Source: an uncultured delta proteobacterium
GTDB taxonomy: Bacteria; Myxococcota; UBA727; VGSZ01
Assembly: GCA_963775425.1 (NCBI GenBank)
Contig: CAVZJB010000011.1
Coordinates: 128,001-192,000, forward strand
Direction: 5' to 3'
DNA: 64,000 nt
Made by a program: the position numbers and the translations under genes. Within the stretch, counting starts at the first letter, position 1; every line of letters starts with the position of its first letter. The notes beneath the pieces were generated by a model. The model did not search any database, was not told where the DNA came from, and saw only the letters and a program-made list of their open reading frames with translations. Shown here in pieces: positions 38,921 through 47,840 of this stretch.

Positions 38921-41596
38921 CTACGGGCTCCGGTGGCATTGCGCGCACTTCTCGGACTTGTGCTCGTAGCCCTGGACGTCCTTGTGGTTCTTGGCCTCGA
39001 TATCGGCGTTGTGCGCGTGGCACTCGGCGCAGCGCACGGGGACCCCGGCGCAGCTCCCTGTGGAGGCCGCGCCGCGCAGGCCGGAGTGGCACTCGTTGCA
39101 GGAGACGGGTGCGTGGACGCCGCGCAGGATCGGGAAGCAGGCCTCGTGCTGCAGGAACGCCGCCGGCGTGAAGGCCACCGGCTGGTGGCAGGTGCGGCAG
39201 TCGGCGGTGAAGGGGGCGCGCGCGTGGTCGACGGTGACGAGCGACGCGCGCGCGGCGTCCTTGGCGTGGCACGCGACGCACGCGAGCGCGGCGCGGCTGA
39301 ATGTGCGCTCGCGCTTCTCGATGTGGCACTCCTCGCAGGGCAGGGCGGCGTGGCGGCCGACCAGCGGGAAGTTCGTGCGCCGGTGCGCGTCGACGGTGAA
39401 GTTGGGCGCGTTGAAGCCGTCCTCGGTGTGGCAGGAGCGGCACATCAAGCCGAACTCCTGCGCGTGCGGATCCTGATGGCAGCCCGCGCAGCTCGTCGGG
39501 ATGGGACGCGACGTATCGCCGCCGTGGCAGTCGACGCAGCCGACGCCGCGGTGCTTGCCGACGAGCGGGAACGGCGTCCTGTCGTGGGCGAAGCGCGCCG
39601 GCGACCACCCCTTGGGCGCGTGGCACGCGTCGCAGCCGACGGCGTTTTTGCCGGTGGCGTCGAGCGCGAGGTGCGCGAGGGCGTCCTCGGGCCCCGCCAC
39701 GGTCGTCGTCGCCGTCTCCGTCGCCGCCGTCGTCGTCGTTGCACCGTGCACGGGGGGCGCCGCCTTCGCGTCCTTCGGCGCGGGCGCCTTCGTCGTCGCC
39801 GCGGCCTCAGCGGGGGCGGGCGCGCGCGACGGGCCGGGGGCCGGCGCGAAGTCGTTGAAGCCGCCCTTGTGCTCGTCCTGGTGACAGCTCGCGCACGCGG
39901 TCGGCAGTGGCTTGTAGCGCGCGGTCTTCAAGGTGCCGGTGTCGATGACCTCGTGGCACGCGGCGCAGCGCGCGGTCTTGTGCTTGCCCTCGAGGGGGAA
40001 CGAGCTTTGTTTGTCGTGATCGAACTTGGCCGGCTTGAAGCCCTTGGTGGAGTGGCACTGCTCGCACGCCGTGACGCCGTCCTTGGCGAGCTGGCCGACG
40101 TGTTGGTCGGCGTGGCACGAGGCGCACGCGGTGTCGACGGGCTTGTACATGACGATGCCCCGCATGTGCCCCTTGGCGTCGGCGGCGGGGTAGTGGCACG
40201 CGCCGCACTCCACGGCCTTGTGCTTGCCCGTGAGCGGGAAGCGGCTGTCGTCGTGGTTGAACACGATCTTGTCGAACGACGACGCCTGGTGGCATTGGTC
40301 GCACGCCTTGCCCTTGTCGCCGCTGAACTGCCCGCCGTGCGGATCGCGGTGGCAGGCCTCGCACTTGCCCGTGGCGTCGGGCAGCGCCAGCTTCACGTCG
40401 CTCACCAGGAGCGGGCGGCCGTGGCGCGACAGCTCGCGCCTCACCGACGACGGCACCTTGCGCAAGAGCCCGCGGTCGCTCTTGTGGCAGAGGTTGCAGG
40501 CGACGGCGCGGTGGGAGCCGGCGAGGGCGAAGCGGGTGTCGTCGTGCATCTTCACGTCGAAGAGCACCGGGGTGAAGCCCGTGACCGAGTGGCACTTCTC
40601 GCAGTCGGCCTTCACTTGCCCTTCGTGTGCGTCGGCGTGGCACGCGCCGCAGGTCTCGTGCTTCAAGCCCTTGAACACCGCGCGCTGTCCGGGGAACGGA
40701 CCGTGGCAGCTCTTGCACGCCACCGACGTGTGCTCGCCGCGCAGCGGGAACTTGGTCTTGTCGTGGAAGCCTGTGTCGTGCGCGGTCTGCTTGATGACCT
40801 TCCAGCCGCTCTCGCTGTGACACTTGACGCAGTTCTTGCCGAACTCGCCGTGGTGCACGTCGTCGTGACACGCGAGGCAACTGTTCTGGCCGATGCCCTT
40901 GAGCTGCATCTGCATGTACGTGCGCGCGCGTGGCTTGGGGAACGCGTCCATGCGCGTGCTCTCGTCGGTGGCGTCCTCGTGGCACTTGGCGCATGCCACG
41001 GAGTTGTGGCGGCCCTTCAAGCGGAAGTCGGCGAGCGGCGGCTTGTGCACGAAGCGCGTAGGCTTCCAGTCGTCGTTGCCGTGACAGCGCGTGCACTCGT
41101 TGCCCTCCTGGCCGCGGTGCTCGTCGAAGTGACACTTGGTGCAGGCCGACGACAGGCCGAGGAACGTGCGTGTCCGCTTCTTTTCCGTGAGGAGCTTCTT
41201 CACTGCGCCGTCGAGGATGCGCCGGGCCTCGTGACAGTCGCGGCAGTCGTTCTTCTGGTGGGCGCCGTGGAGCGGCCAACCCGTGAGCGCGTGGTTGAAG
41301 CTCCGCATGGACCAGTGGATGAGCGAGTCGCCGGTGCCGCCCTTGTGCTCCTTGTGGCACTCGGCGCACAGCTCGTTCTTGTTGCGCGCGTGGTAGCCGA
41401 CGCCCTGGTCGATGCGCGACGCGATCTCCTTGTGGCAGGCGAGGCACTTGGGGTTCGAGTGCTTGCCGCCCTCCTCGTGGCACTTGGTGCACGACGTCAG
41501 GCCGTCGAGCTGCTTGTGCGCGCTCGACAACGGCCCCGGCGAGAACACCTGCGCCGCGATCTGCGCCGAAGACAGGAGGATGACGGCCGCAATCAC
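38921..41596 (-). CDS. Multiheme c-type cytochrome, 30 CxxCH motifs
   Basis: Hand count of 30 CxxCH in triheme repeats (FPL.G.H..CxxCH..CxxCH...H....CxxCH); N-terminal SPGPLS.AH; GTG start overlaps the upstream stop. Confidence 0.92.
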   Translation of the reverse strand: MIAAVILLSSAQIAAQVFSPGPLSSAHKQLDGLTSCTKCHEEGGKHSNPKCLACHKEIASRIDQGVGYHARNKNELCAECHKEHKGGTGDSLIHWSMRSFNHALTGWPLHGAHQKNDCRDCHEARRILDGAVKKLLTEKKRTRTFLGLSSACTKCHFDEHRGQEGNECTRCHGNDDWKPTRFVHKPPLADFRLKGRHNSVACAKCHEDATDESTRMDAFPKPRARTYMQMQLKGIGQNSCLACHDDVHHGEFGKNCVKCHSESGWKVIKQTAHDTGFHDKTKFPLRGEHTSVACKSCHGPFPGQRAVFKGLKHETCGACHADAHEGQVKADCEKCHSVTGFTPVLFDVKMHDDTRFALAGSHRAVACNLCHKSDRGLLRKVPSSVRRELSRHGRPLLVSDVKLALPDATGKCEACHRDPHGGQFSGDKGKACDQCHQASSFDKIVFNHDDSRFPLTGKHKAVECGACHYPAADAKGHMRGIVMYKPVDTACASCHADQHVGQLAKDGVTACEQCHSTKGFKPAKFDHDKQSSFPLEGKHKTARCAACHEVIDTGTLKTARYKPLPTACASCHQDEHKGGFNDFAPAPGPSRAPAPAEAAATTKAPAPKDAKAAPPVHGATTTTAATETATTTVAGPEDALAHLALDATGKNAVGCDACHAPKGWSPARFAHDRTPFPLVGKHRGVGCVDCHGGDTSRPIPTSCAGCHQDPHAQEFGLMCRSCHTEDGFNAPNFTVDAHRRTNFPLVGRHAALPCEECHIEKRERTFSRAALACVACHAKDAARASLVTVDHARAPFTADCRTCHQPVAFTPAAFLQHEACFPILRGVHAPVSCNECHSGLRGAASTGSCAGVPVRCAECHAHNADIEAKNHKDVQGYEHKSEKCAQCHRSP

Positions 41597-43815
41597 GGCA
41601 GGATCCACTTGAAGCCGAGGTACAGGCTCACGCCCACGTGGGCGCCGATGAGGACCACCATGAACAGCGCGAGCACCACGTGGATCACGAGCCAGCCACG
41701 GAAGAGGCGCTTGAGGCCGGCGTAGAACGAGATCTGCAGACGCGAGCGCGCGATGAGCATGAGGCCGCTCTTGAAGGTCTCGAAGGCCTTGGCGTCGACG
41801 AAGTAGGGGCGCGCGCTCTCGATGCTCCTGTGCAGGTGGCGGCGCGCCCGCGGATCTTCGACGACGGCGCGGAAGAACGAGCGCTGCTTGGGCGCGGCGT
41901 CGGCGAGGGCGAAGAGCTGGTGCACCAGCTCGGCGTTGGTGGCGTCCTCGAGGTGGGGCTCCATGCGTTTGCGGATGTCCTGAAGCTGCGTGCGCACCTC
42001 GGAGAGCGCCAACACCTTGCCGGCCTGCGCGGGCACGAACCCGAAGAGGAAGCGGCCGATGACGCCGGTGCCGACCACGATGGACAGGGCGATCCAGGTC
42101 CACACCGCGAGCAGGTTGTTGAGCATGAACGCCGCGTGAAACGCGATCACCAGCGGGCTCATGATGCCGACGAACATGTGGAACGTGAGCCACGTGCGGA
42201 TGGACGCGGTCCCCTTCAACGCCCGCCAGCGCTTCCGCAGCGCGTACAAGAAATTGAAGATCATGAACGTGGTGGCGATGACGCCGACGCCGTGGCCCCA
42301 CAGCCCGGCGGGCTTGAGGAACTCGTCGCCGGGCAGCCCCGCGCGCGCGTCCACCGGGAACGTGTAGTAGTCGCGCCCGACGAAGAAGAGGCCGGTGATG
42401 ATGGCCGAGCCGAGCGCGAACAGGAACAGCGCGAGCCGCCGCCGGGTGCGCGCCTCCACCTCCGCCTTGGTCGGGCCGCGCGCGGGGCCGCCCGCGCCCT
42501 TCTCCTCGCCGAGGTACTTGCGGATGGCGACGCCGACGGACTTCAAGAACGCGGTGGGCACCTCGCCGCCGGCGGAGACGATGACGCGATCGTTCTTGAG
42601 GCGCCCCTCGCCGTCGGCGGTGTCGAGGACGACGGCGCGGTCCTCGATGCTCTTCACCTGGCTGCTGAACAGCGCGCGCACGCGGCCCTCGTCGATGAGC
42701 CGTTGGACGTTGTCGCGGTTGCGGGGCTTGGCGCGCGAGAAGCTCGACTGGCGGTACGAGATGCTGACTTTGGCGGTGCTCTCCTCGGCGAGCTGTACGG
42801 CGGCTTCGACGGCGGAGTCGCCGCCGCCGACGACGAGGACGCGCTGCCCGTGGTACTGCTCTGGATCGACGAGGCGGTACGTGACCTTGTCGAGGTCCTC
42901 GCCGGCCACGCCGAGCTTGCGCGGCGTCCCGCGCAACCCGGTGGCGAGCACCACCGCGCGCGCCTGCACGGCGAGGCCGCGCGACGTGGTGATGGTGAAC
43001 ATGCCCGCCTGTCCCTCGATGCCGACGACCTTGTGGCCCTCGTCGACCTTGATCTCGTTCTTCTGCAGCACCACCTGCAGCTCGGAGAGCAGCTCCTCCT
43101 TGGACAGGAGCGAGCGGCCGAACTTGCCGTAGCCCGGCACCATCACCTGCTCGCTCATCACCACCTTGCCGCGCGGGTAGTGGGCGATGCAGCCGCCGAG
43201 GGTCTCCTGCTCGAACACCCGCGCGACGAGGCCCTGCTCCTTGCAGGACACGGCGCACGCGATGCCGGCGGGGCCGCCGCCGACGACGGCGACGTCGACG
43301 AGGGTGCCTTGCGCCTGCGTGCCCTTCAGCTTGCCTTTCAGCGAGCGCCCGACGTCGATGCCCTGGCGGAGCGCGTTCTTGATGAGGCCCATGCCGCCGA
43401 GCTCGCCGATGACGTAGACGCCCGGCCGGCTCGACTCGAACTTGTCGTCGGTGTCGGGGAGGTCGACGCCCTTTTCGGCCGAGCCGAACACGAGCTTGAT
43501 GGCGCCGACGGGGCACTCCACCGCGCAGCGCGCGTGGCCGATGCAGTGCGCGGCCTCGACGAGGGTGGCGACGCCGCCGACGACGCCGATGATGTCGCCC
43601 TCGGGGCACGCCTTGATGCACGAGAAGCTGCCGATGCACAGCGTGGGGTCGATGACGGGGTGGAGCGACGGCGGCGTGCTCTGTCCCTCGGCGACCGCGA
43701 GCTGCAGCGCGCGCTCGCCCGCCGTGGACATCGCGCGGCGACGGAACAAAAGGATGACGATGGCCGCCAGCAGGACGGCCGCGACGGTGAAGGAGATGAT
43801 CAGCGTGTCACTCAC
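41593..43815 (-). CDS. Membrane flavoprotein: TM anchor, 2x[4Fe-4S] ferredoxin, TrxB-like FAD/NAD(P)H domain and His-bearing multi-TM domain
   Basis: CIGSFSCIKACP and CIGHARCAVECP; GGGPAG, ATG and GGGDSA; C-terminal TMs with GHGVG, WLTFHM, AFHA, VIHV and GAHV. Confidence 0.88.
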   Translation of the reverse strand: MSDTLIISFTVAAVLLAAIVILLFRRRAMSTAGERALQLAVAEGQSTPPSLHPVIDPTLCIGSFSCIKACPEGDIIGVVGGVATLVEAAHCIGHARCAVECPVGAIKLVFGSAEKGVDLPDTDDKFESSRPGVYVIGELGGMGLIKNALRQGIDVGRSLKGKLKGTQAQGTLVDVAVVGGGPAGIACAVSCKEQGLVARVFEQETLGGCIAHYPRGKVVMSEQVMVPGYGKFGRSLLSKEELLSELQVVLQKNEIKVDEGHKVVGIEGQAGMFTITTSRGLAVQARAVVLATGLRGTPRKLGVAGEDLDKVTYRLVDPEQYHGQRVLVVGGGDSAVEAAVQLAEESTAKVSISYRQSSFSRAKPRNRDNVQRLIDEGRVRALFSSQVKSIEDRAVVLDTADGEGRLKNDRVIVSAGGEVPTAFLKSVGVAIRKYLGEEKGAGGPARGPTKAEVEARTRRRLALFLFALGSAIITGLFFVGRDYYTFPVDARAGLPGDEFLKPAGLWGHGVGVIATTFMIFNFLYALRKRWRALKGTASIRTWLTFHMFVGIMSPLVIAFHAAFMLNNLLAVWTWIALSIVVGTGVIGRFLFGFVPAQAGKVLALSEVRTQLQDIRKRMEPHLEDATNAELVHQLFALADAAPKQRSFFRAVVEDPRARRHLHRSIESARPYFVDAKAFETFKSGLMLIARSRLQISFYAGLKRLFRGWLVIHVVLALFMVVLIGAHVGVSLYLGFKWILP

Positions 43816-43847
43816 GACGCGTCCGCCTCGACGAGGCACGTCCCGCG

Positions 43848-43863
43848 AGCAACTCGCGTGCCG
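43848..43863 (-). promoter_or_regulatory. Sigma54 promoter of the flavoprotein/30-heme operon
   Basis: Minus strand CGGCACGCGAGTTGCT (GG-N10-GC, consensus-like CACG and TTGC), 33 nt upstream of the GTG. Confidence 0.7.
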
Positions 43864-43864
43864 T

Positions 43865-43953
43865 GATCAGCGACCCGAGGGAGCGGCCGCGCTTGATCAA
43901 GCGACCGGAGGGAGCGGCCGCGCTTGATCAAGCGACCGGAGGAGCGATCGCGC
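43865..43953. repeat. Three ~31-bp tandem repeats (GATCAAGCGACCGGAGGGAGCGGCCGCGCTT)
   Basis: Units at 43865, 43895 and 43926; the core CGACCGGAGGGAG also occurs at 38248-38260. Confidence 0.85.
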
Positions 43954-43976
43954 GGAGCACCGCCACCGACCATGCC

Positions 43977-44783
43977 TCACATCCCCATATAGAGGAGCAC
44001 GCCGCCGGTGCCCGCGAGGGCGACGCCGACACCGGCGACGAGCAGCATGGCGGTGGCGACGTTGGCGGCGCCTTCCTTGGCGGGGCCGAGGGAGTCGGGG
44101 TCGCGGATGATCCCCACCTGGCTGGCCGCGACAGCGCCGCCGCCGAGGCACAACAGCGCGCCGCCGCCGAGCGCGGCGATGCCGCCGACCGCCATGGGCG
44201 TGAGCGCCACGGGCGGCGGATCCGCCGGCGGCGCCTCGGGCTGAAGCGGCTTCATGCCGGGATCGCCCTTGGCCGTGCCCGTGGTGGGGTGGGGCGGGGC
44301 GGTGGTGCTCGTCGACGTGGAGGTGGCGGCCGTGGGGGGCTTGGCCTTGTCAATCGCGCCCTTGAGCGCCTTGATGACGGCGGCGGGGACCACGGAGCCG
44401 CCGCCGAGGACGTCGTCGGCGCGGGCGGCGCTCTCGTCCTGGGCGATGGAGCGGCCGTCGGTGTTGACGAGGTGGGCCTCGAGCTGCACCTGCCCGCCGG
44501 CGCGCAAGGCCTCGACCCAGACCAGCCACGTGGCGTCGGCGGTGCGGAGCACCTCCTTGGCGCACGCGTGATCCGTGAGGCACTCGGTCTTCACCGACAG
44601 CGCCTTGGACAGCGCCCACAGCTCGGCGCCGGTGCCGTTGATCTCCGCGTCGACCTTGTCCTGCACGTGGCGGGCGTCGTCGTCGGCGAAGCCGGCGGTG
44701 TGCACGACGACGGCGACGCGCGTGCCGCCGGGCGCCGCGGCGAAGCTCAACGCCGCGGCGAGGACTGCTGCGCCGAGGGTCAC
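43977..44783 (-). CDS. Exported protein with C-terminal hydrophobic segments (kinase-associated; resembles the N- and C-regions of PEGA-type proteins)
   Basis: Signal peptide, C.....C motif, Pro/Thr linker, two Gly/Ala-rich hydrophobic C-terminal segments; start overlaps the kinase stop. Confidence 0.7.
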   Translation of the reverse strand: MTLGAAVLAAALSFAAAPGGTRVAVVVHTAGFADDDARHVQDKVDAEINGTGAELWALSKALSVKTECLTDHACAKEVLRTADATWLVWVEALRAGGQVQLEAHLVNTDGRSIAQDESAARADDVLGGGSVVPAAVIKALKGAIDKAKPPTAATSTSTSTTAPPHPTTGTAKGDPGMKPLQPEAPPADPPPVALTPMAVGGIAALGGGALLCLGGGAVAASQVGIIRDPDSLGPAKEGAANVATAMLLVAGVGVALAGTGGVLLYMGM

Positions 44784-46744
44784 GACCGGATCCTCCCGAG
44801 CGCGGCAAAGGCGGCGTTCAGCGTGCGGTTGGCGGCGTCGTACTTTCCGTCTTTCATCTCTCTCAAGACCTCGCCCGCCAGAGCGTCAAGCTGTTTTCGT
44901 GCGGCCGCGTCGGGGGCGGTCGCATCGTAACGCTCGTTGAACCGTAACAGTTTTTTTCGAACGAACCCTTTGTCGATTTCGATGGCGTCGGCGCGCCGTC
45001 GCGCGTCGAGCGCCATGTCGCCGGCCTCGGAGAATCGCCGCGTCCGGGCGGCGTTGAGCACGCGTGCCCGGAGCCTGTCGAGCTCGCCGTCGTCGCCGGA
45101 CTGAAGGCCCTTTTGCGCCAGCAGTCGATCGAGGGCCGCTCGTTGCTCGGCGTAGTGCCGCTGGTCGGTGGCTCGGGTGTCTCCGTGGTGCGCCCGCGGC
45201 CGGGGCGCGTGCGACGGCGGCGCGGCGTGCTCGGCCTCCTCCGCCGTCGCCGGCGGGTCCTCGGCGTCGGGGGCGGGATCCGGGGCGGGATCGGCCGGCG
45301 GATCGGCGGGCGGATCGGCGGGGGGATCGTCGGGCGGATCCGCCGGCGCGGCGTCGGCAGCCGGCGGATCGGCCACCGTCGCGGGCTCGTCACGGGCGTC
45401 GCGCGCGACGACGACGGCGACGGCCACGACGGCGACGGCGGCGGCGACGCCGAGGAGCGGCTTGAGCCTGCTCTTCCCGGGGCCGAGCAGCGCTTTGTCC
45501 TCGTCGCTGACGACGCGCAGCGCCGGCTGGGGCAGGAGCTGGGTGTCCTTGGCGAGGAGCGCGGGCCCCGCGGGCTGGCCGCCGATCACCCACGACGCGG
45601 ACGACCGCGGGTCTTCATCCACGCGGATGGCGCTTTCGAGCCGCGGCGGCGCGCGCGCCGGCTCCTCCGCGGGGTCGGTGGGCGGCAGGCTGACGATGGT
45701 GACGTCGGCGGTGAGCGGCGGCGCGTTTTCATCGGTGCTGTGGGCGGGCTCGTTTTCGTCCGTGGTGCGCACCGGTCCGCGCGTGAGCGTGGGCGCGTCG
45801 GGGCGCACGGGAGGAGGCGGGCGGGTCAGCGGGTCCGGCTCCGACGACGTGTCTCCCAACGAGACCGGCATCGGCGACGGAATCGTCTTCACGTCGTCGT
45901 CGGGGATGCTCTTCTCGATGTCCGCGAGCGCGCGCGCGAGGGCGCGGGCATCGGGGTAGCGCTCGTCCGGGGAGAAGGCGAGGGCGCGCAGCGCGATCGG
46001 GCTCACGGCGGCGGGGAGATCCTTGCGCACCAGGTGCGGAGGCGGCGGGCGCGACTTGGACATCGCCTCGAGGAGCATGACGTCGCTGCTCGCGGAGAAG
46101 GGCATCTTGCCGGTGAGACAGTTGTAGAAGATGACGCCGACGCCAAACTGGTCGGATCGGGGCGTCGCCGGCCTCCCCGCCCAGACCTCCGGCGCGATGT
46201 AGTGGCGCGTGCCGAGGGCCACGCCGGGGAGCGTGAGCGACGAAGCGCCGTCGAGCGCCTTGGCGATGCCGAAGTCGAGCAGCGTGACCTCGTCGTCGTC
46301 GCGCACCATGATGTTGCGCGGCTTGAGGTCCCGGTGGACGACGCCGACGTCGTGGGCGGCGGCGAGGGCGTCGCAGATGTTGCGGCAGATGGCGAGGGTG
46401 CGGCGCACGGGGAGCGGTGGGACGTCGGCGCCGAGGAGATCGCGCAGCGGGATGCCGTCCGCGACCTCCATGGTGATGAAGCGGACGCCCTTGTCCTCGT
46501 GCAAGTCGTGGAGCCGGCAGACGCCTTTGTGCACGATGCGGCGCGCGAGCACGATCTCGCGGTTGAAGCGCTCGACGGCCTCGGGGTGCGCCGCGAGCGC
46601 GGGGTGCAACACCTTCACGCAGAGGCGCTGCTTGAGCAGCGTGTCCTCGGCGAGGAACACCATGCCCATGGCGCCGCGCCCGAGCTCGCGCTCGAGGCGA
46701 TAGCGGCCCAGCCGCTCGCCGGCTCTCAGCTGGTCGGCCTGCAT
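44780..46744 (-). CDS. Membrane Ser/Thr protein kinase
   Basis: LGRGAMGMV, HRDLKPRN, DFGIAK, GTRHYIAPE; Pro/Asp-rich linker, TM, helical C-terminal domain. Confidence 0.93.
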   Translation of the reverse strand: MQADQLRAGERLGRYRLERELGRGAMGMVFLAEDTLLKQRLCVKVLHPALAAHPEAVERFNREIVLARRIVHKGVCRLHDLHEDKGVRFITMEVADGIPLRDLLGADVPPLPVRRTLAICRNICDALAAAHDVGVVHRDLKPRNIMVRDDDEVTLLDFGIAKALDGASSLTLPGVALGTRHYIAPEVWAGRPATPRSDQFGVGVIFYNCLTGKMPFSASSDVMLLEAMSKSRPPPPHLVRKDLPAAVSPIALRALAFSPDERYPDARALARALADIEKSIPDDDVKTIPSPMPVSLGDTSSEPDPLTRPPPPVRPDAPTLTRGPVRTTDENEPAHSTDENAPPLTADVTIVSLPPTDPAEEPARAPPRLESAIRVDEDPRSSASWVIGGQPAGPALLAKDTQLLPQPALRVVSDEDKALLGPGKSRLKPLLGVAAAVAVVAVAVVVARDARDEPATVADPPAADAAPADPPDDPPADPPADPPADPAPDPAPDAEDPPATAEEAEHAAPPSHAPRPRAHHGDTRATDQRHYAEQRAALDRLLAQKGLQSGDDGELDRLRARVLNAARTRRFSEAGDMALDARRRADAIEIDKGFVRKKLLRFNERYDATAPDAAARKQLDALAGEVLREMKDGKYDAANRTLNAAFAALGRIRS

Positions 46745-46905
46745 TTCGGAGGTCACAGTACACCCACCTGGTCTCTCTACGCCCGCGCACGTCCGACGCG
46801 AGCGCCGCGTGCGCCGCCCGCGTGCGCGCCCGCGTGCGCGCCCGCTTCGCCTCGCATGGAGCCACACGCGGCGGGCGCGCTCCGGTGGCGGCGGGCGCGT
46901 CGATG

Positions 46906-46921
46906 TGGCGCAGGGGTTGCT
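46906..46921 (+). promoter_or_regulatory. Sigma54 promoter of the lipoprotein/29-heme/beta-barrel operon
   Basis: TGGCGCAGGGGTTGCT (GG-N10-GC, TTGC), 41 nt upstream of the ATG at 46962. Confidence 0.72.
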
Positions 46922-46961
46922 TCGCGATCGCGGTCCACGTCGGACGACGTAGGATCGCCCC

Positions 46962-47840
46962 ATGAAGACCTTGCCCTCTTTCCTGATTCCCGCCGCCCTC
47001 GCCGCCGTGTTCTTCGGGGTCCTTGGCGCCGGGTGCGCCGCCCTCCTCGCCGACGCCCCTTGCAGCAGCGATCAGAACTGCCCGAGCGGCCAGCTCTGCA
47101 GCGACGGAGTCTGCGCCCCGGCTGACGTCGTCGCCGAGGGCGAGGGCGAAGGAGAAGGAGAGGGCGAAGGAGAAGGCGAGGGCGAAGGCGAGGGCGAAGG
47201 AGAGGGAGAAGGCGAAGGAGAGGGCGAAGGCGAAGGCGAAGGCGAGGGCGAAGGCGAAGGCGAGGGCGAAGGAGAGGGCGAAGGAGAGGGAGAAGGCGAT
47301 CCCTGCAGCCCCGGCGGCACCGTCAACAGCGTCGACCAGTTCTCGGGCTGCACCGCCGTCACCGCGGACATCACCCTCACAGGTGGCTCGCTCACCGGGC
47401 TCTCGGGGGTCGAGACCGTCAACGGCAGCCTCAGCATCAGCAACATCGAGAACAGCCTCAACAACCTGGGTGCGCTCCAGACCGTGTCCGGGGATGTGAC
47501 GTTCAGCGGCGGCGACACCAACAGCGGCGCGGGCAACGCCCTCGGCAACCTCCAGAGCATCGGCGGCGACCTCGTCATCCACAACGGCGGCGTCGATCTG
47601 CACACCATCAACGGCTACGGCCAGCTCCAGACCATCGGCGGCTCGCTCGTCATCCACAACAACTCGGCGCTCACCAGCGTGAGCGCCACCGCGTTCGCGA
47701 GCCTCACGTCGATCGCCGGCTCGCTCGACCTCGACCAGAACCCCGTCCTCGCGTGCACCGGCGGGGTGCCGAGCCTGAAGACCGCGGCGGGCGACCGCGT
47801 CACGCTCGGCACCAACGGAACCGCCGGATGCACGCCCTGA
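46962..47840 (+). CDS. (Glu-Gly)n-tract lipoprotein 4 with a receptor-L-domain-like solenoid
   Basis: Lipobox GAGC, 4-Cys motif, ~27 EG units (47136-47297), L..L..(I/V)GG.L.I.NN repeats. Confidence 0.85.
   Translation: MKTLPSFLIPAALAAVFFGVLGAGCAALLADAPCSSDQNCPSGQLCSDGVCAPADVVAEGEGEGEGEGEGEGEGEGEGEGEGEGEGEGEGEGEGEGEGEGEGEGEGEGEGEGDPCSPGGTVNSVDQFSGCTAVTADITLTGGSLTGLSGVETVNGSLSISNIENSLNNLGALQTVSGDVTFSGGDTNSGAGNALGNLQSIGGDLVIHNGGVDLHTINGYGQLQTIGGSLVIHNNSALTSVSATAFASLTSIAGSLDLDQNPVLACTGGVPSLKTAAGDRVTLGTNGTAGCTP

Noticed and set aside
38921-43639. The 1572-aa ORF as a single giant protein
   Set aside because: Its first ~680 aa are an Arg-rich shadow frame of the flavoprotein gene; the cytochrome begins near 41596 with its own signal-like segment.
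43865-43953. 31-bp repeats as a mini-CRISPR
   Set aside because: No spacers between the units; only three degenerate tandem copies.
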